A DNA stretch of 13,408 nucleotides, from contig JBBRDV010000034.1 of NCBI GenBank assembly GCA_038203565.1, positions 1-13,408 of the forward strand, written 5' to 3'. This document shows positions 1 to 8,533 of this stretch, piece by piece. This stretch comes from Atribacterota bacterium (lineage in GTDB: Bacteria; Atribacterota; Phoenicimicrobiia; Phoenicimicrobiales; Phoenicimicrobiaceae). The notes beneath the pieces were generated by a model. The model was not told where the DNA came from, searched no databases, and worked only from the letters and a program-made list of their open reading frames with translations. Each line of letters begins with the position of its first letter. Within the stretch, counting starts at the first letter, position 1. A program made the translations under genes and the position numbers.

Positions 1-119
1 ATAAAAAAGTCCAAGATATCCTGGAGGATCCCTGTCGTTTTAAAACGCTGAGAAAACCATTGCAAAATAAGAGAAGAGTACACGTTGGCGGAAAAAAGTC
101 AATTAGATGGGGTTTTTAG
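1..119 (+). pseudogene. 3' part of a RelE/StbE-like type II toxin gene, apparently truncated (5' end outside window)
   Basis: Frame 3 reads KKVQDILEDPCRFKTLRKPLQNKRRVHVGG-KKSIRWGF* (TAG 117-119). Up to RRVHVGG it resembles RelE/StbE toxins as I recall them. The expected FVLIY...HHD C-terminal part is absent. Confidence 0.55.
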
Positions 120-252
120 AGCGGACTCAAAGATGTATATCAGTTAATCTTGAAGATATTCGAATTGTGAATAAATAGTTTATTGATCTAAAATTTTCTA
201 TTACTATATCCCTTTTAAAAGAGCAAAACGTTTCCAATAAGGGGAGCCAGAC

Positions 253-298
253 ATTAAGATAGGCAGAACTTCTTTATTGAGGTTCTGCCTATCTTAAT
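253..298. terminator. Strong hairpin, probable (bidirectional) intrinsic terminator
   Basis: Perfect 17-bp inverted repeat ATTAAGATAGGCAGAAC (253-269) / GTTCTGCCTATCTTAAT (282-298). It starts 2 nt after the minus-strand stop at 301-303. U-tails are poor. Confidence 0.65.
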
Positions 299-300
299 TC

Positions 301-402
301 TTAACAGATCCCAATTTCTTCTTCTAATCTTCGGTACACCTTTTCAGTTTCATCACTGATACAAAAGTTGCGAAACTCGTCTACTTGCCTCCACCAAACC
401 AT
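301..402 (-). other. 33-codon ORF, candidate severed C-terminal tail of an integrase/recombinase
   Basis: MVWWRQVDEFRNFCISDETEKVYRRLEEEIGIC*. The WWR codons are the antisense of CCTCCACCA, and a hairpin directly follows the stop. Confidence 0.45.
387..396 (+). mobile_element. Putative att core (attR): displaced tmRNA/tRNA-like 3' end GCCTCCACCA
   Basis: Matches the typical tmRNA acceptor 3' end (GCCUCC-A-CCA) with no T-arm or RNA gene body upstream. A hairpin follows. It separates accessory remnants from housekeeping genes. Confidence 0.55.
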
Positions 403-403
403 C

Positions 404-447
404 AATATTAAAGCCTTTCAGGTGTTTTGCTAAAAGGCTTTAATATT
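404..447. terminator. Hairpin just after the CCA end, possible original terminator of the target RNA gene
   Basis: Perfect 15-bp inverted repeat AATATTAAAGCCTTT (404-418) / AAAGGCTTTAATATT (433-447). Confidence 0.55.
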
Positions 448-629
448 TGAAAAAGAAGGATTTTTAGAAATTCCGGTATTTTAAATAATAAGACCCTTAT
501 ATACCATAACTTAAGATATTTATAAAGATGGATTTTTAGGGAGAAATATAGTAATATAAAAATAGTTAGCCTACCCTATGAAGCCTTGGGTAAAAATCTC
601 AAATCAAAATAAAGTAAGGGGGAGAGTTT

Positions 630-2333
630 ATGGATTTCGAAGAGTCGAAAGTAACTGTTAATTTCATTCAGGAGATTATTGATCAAGACAAAAAAACGAA
701 TAAATACCATGGAAGGATTCATCTCCGGTTTCCCCCGGAACCTAATGGGTACCTGCACATCGGGCACGCGAAGTCTATCTGCTTGAATTTTGGTTTGGCT
801 GCACAAAATGGTGGTCTATGCAATCTCCGCTTTGACGATACAAACCCCAGCAAGGAAGATGTGGAGTATATTGATTCCATAATCTATGATGTTCGGTGGC
901 TGGGATTTAACTGGGATGACAGGCTTTTTTATGCTTCCGACTATTTTGAAAAGATGTATGATTGCGCCGTTCTTTTAATTAAAGTAGGTAAGGCTTATGT
1001 GTGCGACCTGAGCCCTGAAGAAATCAGGAAGTACCGGGGAGGTTTCAAGGAGCCGGGAAAGGGAAGCCCATATCGCAGCCGATCTGTGGAGGAGAACCTG
1101 GATCTATTTCGACGTATGCGTGCTGGTGAATTTCCTGACGGTTCCCGGGTGTTACGGGCTAAAATTGACATGTCTTCACCTAATCTGAATATGAGAGATC
1201 CTGTTCTTTACCGCATTTTAAGGGCTACCCATCACCGAACGGGGGATAAATGGTGTATTTATCCTATGTACGACTATGCTCATCCTCTTGAAGATTATTA
1301 CGAAAAGATTACTCATTCTGTTTGTACTCTGGAGTTTTCCGACCATCGTCCATTATATGACTGGGTTCTTAATACTTTAAGCCTGCCAGGTCCACCCCAG
1401 CAGATCGAATTTGCCCGTCTTAACTTAACTAATACGGTAATGAGTAAACGGAAGCTCCGTAGGCTGGTGGAAGAAGGTTATGTAGCAGGATGGGACGACC
1501 CTCGGATGCCAACCATAGCCGGTTTACGGCGCAGGGGTTATACTCCGGAGTCTATCCAAAATTTCTGTGACCGTATCGGTGTATCTAAGAGTAACAGTAT
1601 GGTGGATGTCCGTTTTCTGGAACATTGTATCCGTGAGGATCTGAACTTGAGGGCTTCTCGGGTTATGGGGATACTGCACCCTTTAAAGCTGGTTATTGAT
1701 AATTATCCTGAAGATATGGTGGAAGAGATGGAATCAGAAAATAATCCTGAGGATCCTACTGACGGAACGCGCAAAATGCCTTTTTCCAGGATTCTTTACA
1801 TTGAACGGGAAGACTTTCATGAAGACCCGCCGAAAAAGTATTTTCGTCTGGCTCCCGGTGGTGAGGTCAGGTTAAAGAATGCCTATATTATCAAAGGTGA
1901 AGGATTTATTCGGGATGAAAAAACGGGAGAGATAAAAGAAGTGCACTGTACCTACGACCCGGAAAGTAAAAGCGGTAAACCGGGTGCTAAACGTAAAGTA
2001 AAAGGGACTCTACACTGGGTTTCCGCAGATCATGCTTTGAAAGCGGAGGTGCGCTTATACGACCATCTTCTACTGGACCAGAACGAGGGAACGGAAGAGC
2101 AGGGGGAAGAGAAAGATTTTATAAAACAGCTTAACCTAAATTCCCTGGAAGTGTTAGCTGATTGTTTGGTGGAACCAAGTTTAGCGGGAGCGGCTCCTGG
2201 AAACAGATACCAGTTCATGCGAAAAGGTTACTTCTATGTTGATTCCGATTCAACGTCGGATAAACTAGTGTTTAGCCGAATTGTATCTTTACGGGATACT
2301 TGGGATAGAATCCTTAAAGCTGAAAAAAATTGA
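630..2333 (+). CDS. glnS: Glutamine--tRNA ligase (567 aa, no YqeY extension)
   Basis: [16 protein letters not shown] (HIGH), [35 protein letters not shown] (KMSKS equivalent), [31 protein letters not shown] at 616-624. Confidence 0.97.
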   Translation: MDFEESKVTVNFIQEIIDQDKKTNKYHGRIHLRFPPEPNGYLHIGHAKSICLNFGLAAQNGGLCNLRFDDTNPSKEDVEYIDSIIYDVRWLGFNWDDRLFYASDYFEKMYDCAVLLIKVGKAYVCDLSPEEIRKYRGGFKEPGKGSPYRSRSVEENLDLFRRMRAGEFPDGSRVLRAKIDMSSPNLNMRDPVLYRILRATHHRTGDKWCIYPMYDYAHPLEDYYEKITHSVCTLEFSDHRPLYDWVLNTLSLPGPPQQIEFARLNLTNTVMSKRKLRRLVEEGYVAGWDDPRMPTIAGLRRRGYTPESIQNFCDRIGVSKSNSMVDVRFLEHCIREDLNLRASRVMGILHPLKLVIDNYPEDMVEEMESENNPEDPTDGTRKMPFSRILYIEREDFHEDPPKKYFRLAPGGEVRLKNAYIIKGEGFIRDEKTGEIKEVHCTYDPESKSGKPGAKRKVKGTLHWVSADHALKAEVRLYDHLLLDQNEGTEEQGEEKDFIKQLNLNSLEVLADCLVEPSLAGAAPGNRYQFMRKGYFYVDSDSTSDKLVFSRIVSLRDTWDRILKAEKN

Positions 2334-2395
2334 ATAATCCGAGCTAATCTGTTATAAATAGATAAGTAAAAAGTTGTTTCAGGTGGAAAATATTT

Positions 2396-3430
2396 ATGGA
2401 ATTTTTAAAAGATAAGAGATTGAATTTTATTATCAGCGTGGTTATTGGCCTTGTGATTCTGTTTTATGTATTAATCAAGCTACAATGGTTGTTTATATAT
2501 TTTAGTATAGCCTTGATGTTAGCTTATTTTTTCGATCCGCTTTATAGATATCTTATTCATAAAAAAATTCCGAAGGTATTGGCTATTATTATTGTCTTTG
2601 GAATAATAATAGCCTTGTTAATCCTAACCATATTTTTTCTGATCCCCGGTGTAATTAACCAACTTAATATTTTATATAAAGAAATTCCTAGTTTTATCGA
2701 AAATTACCAAAATCTAATTTTATCTATAAAACCGCAACTCTCAAAATTTATAAACCCGGTTGATGTAGAGATTTTACTCAAAGAAAATTTATCTGAGCTA
2801 CAGAGGAACGTATTGGGTTTTTCCCAAACCATTATAATTTATTTATCCAATATAGTTTCCAGCATTACTTTTGGTATAGTCATTGTCCCTTTAATCTTAT
2901 TTTATCTAATGAGGGATATGTTTATTTTTAAGGAAAATTTGTATATTTATGTATCAAGGGAAAATAAAAAAGAATTTAAGGAAGTTCTGGAGGAAATAGA
3001 TCATATTGTCAGTGGTTTTATTCGTGGTCGAATAATAGTCTGTTTTATTGTGGGGATTTTGATTGGCATAGGGCTGTATTTCTTAAATTTGGAATTTGCC
3101 TTGATTATCGGGATTGTTAGCGGAGTGTTCAACTTTATCCCTTATTTGGGACCCATTATAGGAGTTGCTCTGGCTCTAATTTTTGCTTTGGGTAACCCTT
3201 GGTGGTCTTTGTTACTGATTGTAGTTTTATTTGTTTTAGTTAATCAGTTTGAGACAGTATATCTTAATCCCCACATCTTGGGAAAGGGATTAGGTTTACA
3301 TCCTTTAACAGTAATCTTATCAATGCTAATTTGTGGTCAGTTGTTAGGAATATTAGGAATATTAGTAGCCGTTCCTTTAGCAGCTATCTTAAAAGTTTTA
3401 TTCTTTAGATATTTAGTCCAGGAGGGATAG
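2396..3430 (+). CDS. AI-2E (PerM/UPF0118) family transporter
   Basis: 344 aa multi-TM protein with family-typical LAYFFDP, GFIRG, NFIPYLGPIIG, GLHPLTVI, GILGILVAVPLAAILK. Confidence 0.92.
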   Translation: MEFLKDKRLNFIISVVIGLVILFYVLIKLQWLFIYFSIALMLAYFFDPLYRYLIHKKIPKVLAIIIVFGIIIALLILTIFFLIPGVINQLNILYKEIPSFIENYQNLILSIKPQLSKFINPVDVEILLKENLSELQRNVLGFSQTIIIYLSNIVSSITFGIVIVPLILFYLMRDMFIFKENLYIYVSRENKKEFKEVLEEIDHIVSGFIRGRIIVCFIVGILIGIGLYFLNLEFALIIGIVSGVFNFIPYLGPIIGVALALIFALGNPWWSLLLIVVLFVLVNQFETVYLNPHILGKGLGLHPLTVILSMLICGQLLGILGILVAVPLAAILKVLFFRYLVQEG

Positions 3431-3440
3431 AATAGGTTAT

Positions 3441-4952
3441 ATGAAAAAGATATTCTGCATAATTTTAATGACAGTTTTATTGATTATTTTATTCCTTGTT
3501 TCTTCAGTTTTAGCTCAATCTTCAGAAATAAAGATATTATTAGATAATAACCCCCTCGAAACCGTTGTCCCTTCAGTTATCGAGAATGACCGATTATTTG
3601 TTTCAGCTCGTAATATAGTAGAAGCTTTAGGTGGAAGGATTACCTGGTTCCCGGCTTTAAAGTTAATGACTATAAATATTAATAGTCGCACAGCCCGTTT
3701 AGTAATAGATGAACCTTCTTTGGAGATAGATAAAAAGGTAATTCCTCTGGAAATGCCAGCCAGAATTATCGATAATCGGGTAATGATTCCCTTGGAATTA
3801 ATTAAAATTGTTGCCGAAGTAGATATAAAATGGGATAATCAGGCCAAGACTTTATTTATTAACACCATAAGACCTTATCTGTTAAAAGTTAGAAGTTATT
3901 CTTATCCCGATAAGACCAGGGTGGTGATAGATTTATCTGAAAAGACAGAATTTAGAGCAGATAAATTAATAAACCCGGATAGAATTTTTATCGATATAAT
4001 GGGTTCTGTTGCAAAATTAGAAGATACCTCAAAGCAGATAAAGATAGATGATGGGGTGATTAAAACAGTAAGAACAGCTCAATTTAACCAGGAAATTATC
4101 AGAGTTGTATTTGACCTTTATCGGGAAGCCAGATATGAACTTTTCAGTCTTATTGAACCTGATAGGGTAGTGATTGATATATTCACATCAGGTGAAAAGG
4201 CAGCCATTACTGAAACTCTTCCCCCCGCTAAGCCCGAAGAAAAGCTTATCCCTAAACCCGAAATAACCGGGAAGAGAGTAGTAATTATTGACCCCGGACA
4301 TGGTGGAAAAGACCCGGGAGCGATCGGACCTACCGGCTTGAGGGAGAGCGAAGTTGCTTTAGGAATCGCTCTATATTTAGAGAAATTGTTAAAGAATGCA
4401 GGCATTCCTGCCTATTTAACCAGAACTAAAGATGAGTTTGTTTATCTGGAAGATAGAACAAATTTTGCTAACCAGAAAAATGGTTTTGTATATGTAAGTT
4501 TACATGCTAATTCAGTTTTAAATCATCGTCCTAGTGCTAAAGGAATAGAGACCTTCGTATTAAGTTCCAAATATATCGGTGCTTCTGCTAAAGATGTAGC
4601 AGATAGAGAAAATAGAGCTAGCAGGGCTCATCCCGAGTTAGATACAGATTTAGCTAAAATCATCGCTGACCTGGAAGAGAGCGCTAATATCAACTATAGT
4701 TTTGATTTTGCTGATATTATTCAGACAAAATTAGTAGAGTATCTAAAATTAGAAAATAGGGGAATAAAACAAGCTCCTTTTGTTGTATTAAAAGGAGTAA
4801 ATATGGTGGCAGTTCTTGCAGAAGTTGCTTTTATTTCCAATCCTGAAGAGGAAAAATTATTGAAAACCAATAAGTTTAGAGAAAATGCCGCTCAGAGCTT
4901 GTTTGAAGCAATAAAATATTATATAGAAAATACCCCTGATAATGGTGGATAG
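3441..4952 (+). CDS. N-acetylmuramoyl-L-alanine amidase: signal peptide, copper-amine-oxidase-N-like domain, AMIN domain, Amidase_3
   Basis: Signal peptide ending VLA-Q. AMIN-like TRVVIDL...NPDRIFIDI...RVVFDL. Zn/catalytic motifs IDPGHGGKDPGA, E, SLHANS, EVAFISN. Confidence 0.93.
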   Translation: MKKIFCIILMTVLLIILFLVSSVLAQSSEIKILLDNNPLETVVPSVIENDRLFVSARNIVEALGGRITWFPALKLMTININSRTARLVIDEPSLEIDKKVIPLEMPARIIDNRVMIPLELIKIVAEVDIKWDNQAKTLFINTIRPYLLKVRSYSYPDKTRVVIDLSEKTEFRADKLINPDRIFIDIMGSVAKLEDTSKQIKIDDGVIKTVRTAQFNQEIIRVVFDLYREARYELFSLIEPDRVVIDIFTSGEKAAITETLPPAKPEEKLIPKPEITGKRVVIIDPGHGGKDPGAIGPTGLRESEVALGIALYLEKLLKNAGIPAYLTRTKDEFVYLEDRTNFANQKNGFVYVSLHANSVLNHRPSAKGIETFVLSSKYIGASAKDVADRENRASRAHPELDTDLAKIIADLEESANINYSFDFADIIQTKLVEYLKLENRGIKQAPFVVLKGVNMVAVLAEVAFISNPEEEKLLKTNKFRENAAQSLFEAIKYYIENTPDNGG

Positions 4953-4963
4953 GATAAATTATT

Positions 4964-5590
4964 ATGGCGAAAAATAGAAAGTCGAAGAAGAAAAAAAATA
5001 ACCTGAAAATCATCTTTATATTATTAATACTCGTAGTAATTGTAATTTTTAGCTATACATTATTCAATAAGCTTATTGTCCCTATCTGGGAAAGATATAC
5101 AGAAAAGCCTATTATTACCAAGGAAGTCCCTTATAAGGAAGAAGAAATAAAAGAAGTTCAACCTGTGCCGATAGAAGAGATGGTCGAGGTGAACCTTTAC
5201 TTTTCTGATTCTCAAGCAATGTACTTGGAGCCTGAAAAAAGGAAAATATCCCAAACCCCTTCTTTGGCCAGACAAGTAGTTATTGAGCTGATAAAAGGTC
5301 CGGAAAATTCCGAACTTTATCCTACAATTCCTCAAGGAACTCAAGTCAATGAAGTATATATTGCTGATGATATTGTCTATATAGACCTGTCTGAAGAAAT
5401 ATTTAAAAATCATCCTGGAGGAAGCAGTGGTGAATTGATGACCATCTATTCTATAGTCAATACTTTAACTGAAATCCCTCCGATTAAAGGTGTGCAAATA
5501 TTAGTGGGAGGAAATGAGAAGAATAGTTTAGTCGGACATATAGACATCAGTATGCCTTTACTTAGAGACAAAGATTGGATTAAACCATAA
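4964..5590 (+). CDS. GerMN domain membrane protein
   Basis: Basic N-tail plus one TM. Domain motifs VNLYFSD...LEPEKR, ELIKGP, IPQGT, YIDLS, GGSSGE, IYSIVNTLTE, VQILVGG. Confidence 0.9.
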   Translation: MAKNRKSKKKKNNLKIIFILLILVVIVIFSYTLFNKLIVPIWERYTEKPIITKEVPYKEEEIKEVQPVPIEEMVEVNLYFSDSQAMYLEPEKRKISQTPSLARQVVIELIKGPENSELYPTIPQGTQVNEVYIADDIVYIDLSEEIFKNHPGGSSGELMTIYSIVNTLTEIPPIKGVQILVGGNEKNSLVGHIDISMPLLRDKDWIKP

Positions 5591-5636
5591 AATTGAATGA
5601 ATAACATGGAAAATCAGGGAGTGATGGAGACTAATA

Positions 5637-6089
5637 TTGCTAGACTTATCTCTACTTTTTAGAAATAAGATTCTAATAATTGCTTTTATAACCTGGGTTG
5701 TAAATCAGGGCTTAAAGCTAATGGTATTTTATATTACCGAAAAAAAATGGGATATGAGGAGATTTGTTGGGGCAGGAGGGATGCCCAGCACTCATTCCGC
5801 CCTTTCTGTGTGTGTAGCTACCACCATTGGCTTAAAAGAAGGTTGGGACTCCCCTTTATTTGCTTTAGCTATAGTCATAGCTTTTATTATTATGGCTGAT
5901 GCAGCCGGGGTAAGGAGAGAGACAGGAGAACAGGCTAAAGTATTAAATAAAATTATTTTAGAATTTTTTGAGGAAAGAAAGATCAGAGATAAAAATTTAA
6001 AAGAATTAGTTGGACACACTCCTTTTGAAGTTATAGTAGGAGCCTTTACAGGGATTGTAATGGCTTGGATATTATGCGCGGTAATTTAG
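5637..6089 (+). CDS. Divergent PAP2 family protein (DUF212)
   Basis: GGMPSTHSA, DAAGVRR, LKELVGHTPFEV motifs. TTG start preceded by GGAG. Confidence 0.92.
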   Translation: MLDLSLLFRNKILIIAFITWVVNQGLKLMVFYITEKKWDMRRFVGAGGMPSTHSALSVCVATTIGLKEGWDSPLFALAIVIAFIIMADAAGVRRETGEQAKVLNKIILEFFEERKIRDKNLKELVGHTPFEVIVGAFTGIVMAWILCAVI

Positions 6090-6155
6090 ATTTTTATTTA
6101 ACAGACAGAAAGAATTAATAGGTAGAGCTTCAGTCCGAGAGGTGAATTTATAGAT

Positions 6156-6983
6156 TTGGAAAAATCAAAGAAAGAACGTTTGGATATATTACTGGTCGAA
6201 AAGGGATTTTTTCCCAGCAGAGAGAAAGCCAAAAGCGCCATTATGGCGGGAGATGTTTTAGTGGAAGGGGAAAGAGTCGATAAATCAGGGCAAAGGATTA
6301 AGGTTGAAAGCAATATTTCAGTAATAGAAAAAGAGACTGCTTTTGTAAGCAGAGGTGGAGCAAAATTAGAAAAAGCCCTTAAGGTTTTTAATGTCAATGT
6401 CAAAGGAAAGAGAGCAATTGATGTTGGTGCATCTACAGGGGGTTTTACTGATTGTCTCTTAAAATATGGAGCTGAGAAAGTTTATTGTATAGATGTAGGC
6501 TACGGACAGTTAGCCTGGAAACTGCAGAAAGATAGTCGAGTCGTAGTTATAGACAGAACTAACATAAGATATCTTACTGCTGATAAATTTGATGACCTTT
6601 TTGAATTAGCTGCCATAGATGTCTCATTTATTTCGTTAGATAAAGTTCTGCCAGCAGTGTATAATCTACTTAAGGAGAAGGGAGAAGTGGTGGCATTGAT
6701 TAAACCCCAGTTCGAAGCAGGCCGGGAGTTTATTCAAAAGGGCGGATTAGTAAAAAAGGCAGAAGTTCATCAGATGGTAATCGAAAGAATCTGCGAAAAA
6801 GCTCAAAAAATAGGTTTTAGTATTCAAGGTTTAACTTTTTCTCCCTTAAAAAAGACTTCCGGTAATATAGAATACTTTATCTGCTTAGTAAAAAATTCTG
6901 GAAAAGATAAAGCAAATAATTTCCCTCAAATTGTTGAGGAAGTGGTAAAACAAGCTCACCAAGAACTTTCTCCTAAAAAATGA
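6156..6983 (+). CDS. tlyA: TlyA family rRNA 2'-O-methyltransferase (S4 + FtsJ-like domains)
   Basis: ERLDILLVEKG, VSRGGAKL, DVGASTGGFTDCLL, DVSFISL, LIKPQFE, GNIEY. TTG start. Confidence 0.95.
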   Translation: MEKSKKERLDILLVEKGFFPSREKAKSAIMAGDVLVEGERVDKSGQRIKVESNISVIEKETAFVSRGGAKLEKALKVFNVNVKGKRAIDVGASTGGFTDCLLKYGAEKVYCIDVGYGQLAWKLQKDSRVVVIDRTNIRYLTADKFDDLFELAAIDVSFISLDKVLPAVYNLLKEKGEVVALIKPQFEAGREFIQKGGLVKKAEVHQMVIERICEKAQKIGFSIQGLTFSPLKKTSGNIEYFICLVKNSGKDKANNFPQIVEEVVKQAHQELSPKK

Positions 6984-7067
6984 TATTCTATGACTTTATT
7001 TAGTGATAATTAATTTTAACCACAGGGGAGTGCATGAAGAATTAAATTAAAGTAAGATATTATTGGA

Positions 7068-7622
7068 GTGAAGTTTTTGAACATAGAAGAAAATGGTATT
7101 TTAATCTTTATTTTATTTATTAGCGGGGGGATAGTCTGCCTGATTCTCTATATCAGGATAAGCAATTGGTTGAGGACTAAGAGATTAAAGAAGAGATTTT
7201 CTAAAAGCAGGCAGGCAGAAAAAGAAGCAGAGAAAATATTGAGGAAAAACGGTTATGCGGTTATAGATGCTCAAAAAAGCAAACCACTCCTTGTAACTAT
7301 CGGTGACAAGATTCATCGCTACTTAGTGCGGATAGATTATTTGGCGAGGAAGAAAGGGAAAATCTACGTGGTAGAAGTTAAAAGTGGAGAGAAAATACCC
7401 TATATTACTAACCGGGAGACCAGAAGACAGATGTTAGAATATTACCTTGCCTACCGACCGAGCGGTATTCTTTTATTAAATATGAAAAATAAGAGTATTT
7501 CTGAAGTAAAGTTTCAATTTGAAAGTACCATGCGTCAAAAGACAATAAAGATAGTATATTTTTTGGCAGGAGCAATTTTTAGTTTGGTCTTATATTATTT
7601 ACTTCAAGGAGGGCGGAGATGA
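7068..7622 (+). CDS. Uncharacterised membrane protein with a PD-(D/E)XK nuclease-like domain between two TM helices
   Basis: TM1 GILIFILFISGGIVCLILYI; motifs AEKEAE, RIDY, VEVKSG, RRQMLEY; TM2 IVYFLAGAIFSLVLYYLL. The true start may be TTG 7077, since GGAG at 7065-7068 is well spaced for it. Confidence 0.75.
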   Translation: MKFLNIEENGILIFILFISGGIVCLILYIRISNWLRTKRLKKRFSKSRQAEKEAEKILRKNGYAVIDAQKSKPLLVTIGDKIHRYLVRIDYLARKKGKIYVVEVKSGEKIPYITNRETRRQMLEYYLAYRPSGILLLNMKNKSISEVKFQFESTMRQKTIKIVYFLAGAIFSLVLYYLLQGGRR

Positions 7623-8485
7623 AATTTGATAGTGTTGGTTTAATAGTGAATTATAAAAAAGAAAAAACTCGGGAAACAGCCTGCAAGATAATTGATTGGC
7701 TAAATTCTAAAAAACTAAAAGTGTGTATAGAAGGAAATATGGGCAAAGAAATAGGAAAGAAAGAGCTAAATTGCCCTACTGAAAAATTTCTTAAAGAAGT
7801 TGATTTAATAATTTCTTTGGGGGGAGACGGCACTCTACTTAGAGCAGCCAGATTAGCCGCTGCCGAAGACATACCTGTTTTTGGAGTGAATTTAGGAGGA
7901 CTGGGCTTTCTGACTCAAATTGGTATTGATGACCTGGAAAAGTCTTTAGAGAAACTGTATCAGGAGAGATATTTTCTTGATGAGAGAATGATGTTAAGTT
8001 GTACAGTGAAAAGAAGAGAAAAAGAGATTAAAAAATTTACTGCTCTAAATGATGTAGTTATAGGTAAGGGAGCTTTTGCCCGAATTATCTGCTTGGCTGC
8101 TTATGTCAATAATGAGTATGTTATTACTTATTCGGCGGATGGATTGGTCGTCTCTACCTCTACAGGTTCTACTGCTTATTCTCTTTCTGCCGGCGGTCCT
8201 ATTGTCCACCCTAATATAAATTCTATAATACTTACCCCTATCTGCCCCCATACTTTATCTGCTCGGCCTTTTGTCATCGGTGAAGATGATCAAGTAAAAA
8301 TAACTTTGGAAGTAAGCGAAGAAGAGGTAATGGTAACCATAGATGGGCAGGAGGGCTATACCCTGGAGCCAAATGACGAAGTGATAATAAAAAAATCAGA
8401 CCATAAAGCTCGATTAATTACCTTTAAAGAAAAGAGTTTTTATGCTATTTTACGGGAAAAATTAAGATGGAGCGGACAGATATGA
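7619..8485 (+). CDS. nadK: NAD(+) kinase
   Basis: GGDGTLL, GVNLGGLGFL, LNDVV, ADGLVVSTSTGSTAYSLSAGGPI, PICPH. ATGA overlap with the upstream gene. Confidence 0.97.
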   Translation: MKFDSVGLIVNYKKEKTRETACKIIDWLNSKKLKVCIEGNMGKEIGKKELNCPTEKFLKEVDLIISLGGDGTLLRAARLAAAEDIPVFGVNLGGLGFLTQIGIDDLEKSLEKLYQERYFLDERMMLSCTVKRREKEIKKFTALNDVVIGKGAFARIICLAAYVNNEYVITYSADGLVVSTSTGSTAYSLSAGGPIVHPNINSIILTPICPHTLSARPFVIGEDDQVKITLEVSEEEVMVTIDGQEGYTLEPNDEVIIKKSDHKARLITFKEKSFYAILREKLRWSGQI

Positions 8486-8533
8486 CTAACAGAATAGTGT
8501 ATTGACTATACTATGAGGTGGATACCGAAATAA

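Noticed and set aside
107..178. 23-aa + strand ORF MGFLERTQRCISVNLEDIRIVNK
   Set aside because: No RBS and no recognisable similarity. It does not supply the missing RelE C-terminus.
200..300. Possible riboswitch ahead of the 253-298 hairpin
   Set aside because: No aptamer consensus that I can match; only a weak TCCCTT/AAGGGGA pairing.
360..396. Intact tRNA/tmRNA gene, or an IS terminal repeat at GTTGCGAAACTCGTC
   Set aside because: No T-arm consensus or cloverleaf. No partner repeat or transposase in the window.
450..629. T-box leader for glnS; GGATTTTTAG direct repeat at 458-467 and 530-539
   Set aside because: No T-box consensus or terminator before the RBS. A 10-bp AT-rich repeat may be chance.
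7025..7045. GGGGAG followed by mini-ORF MKN* (7034-7045), possibly a relic start
   Set aside because: Only three codons with 3-nt RBS spacing; not supportable.
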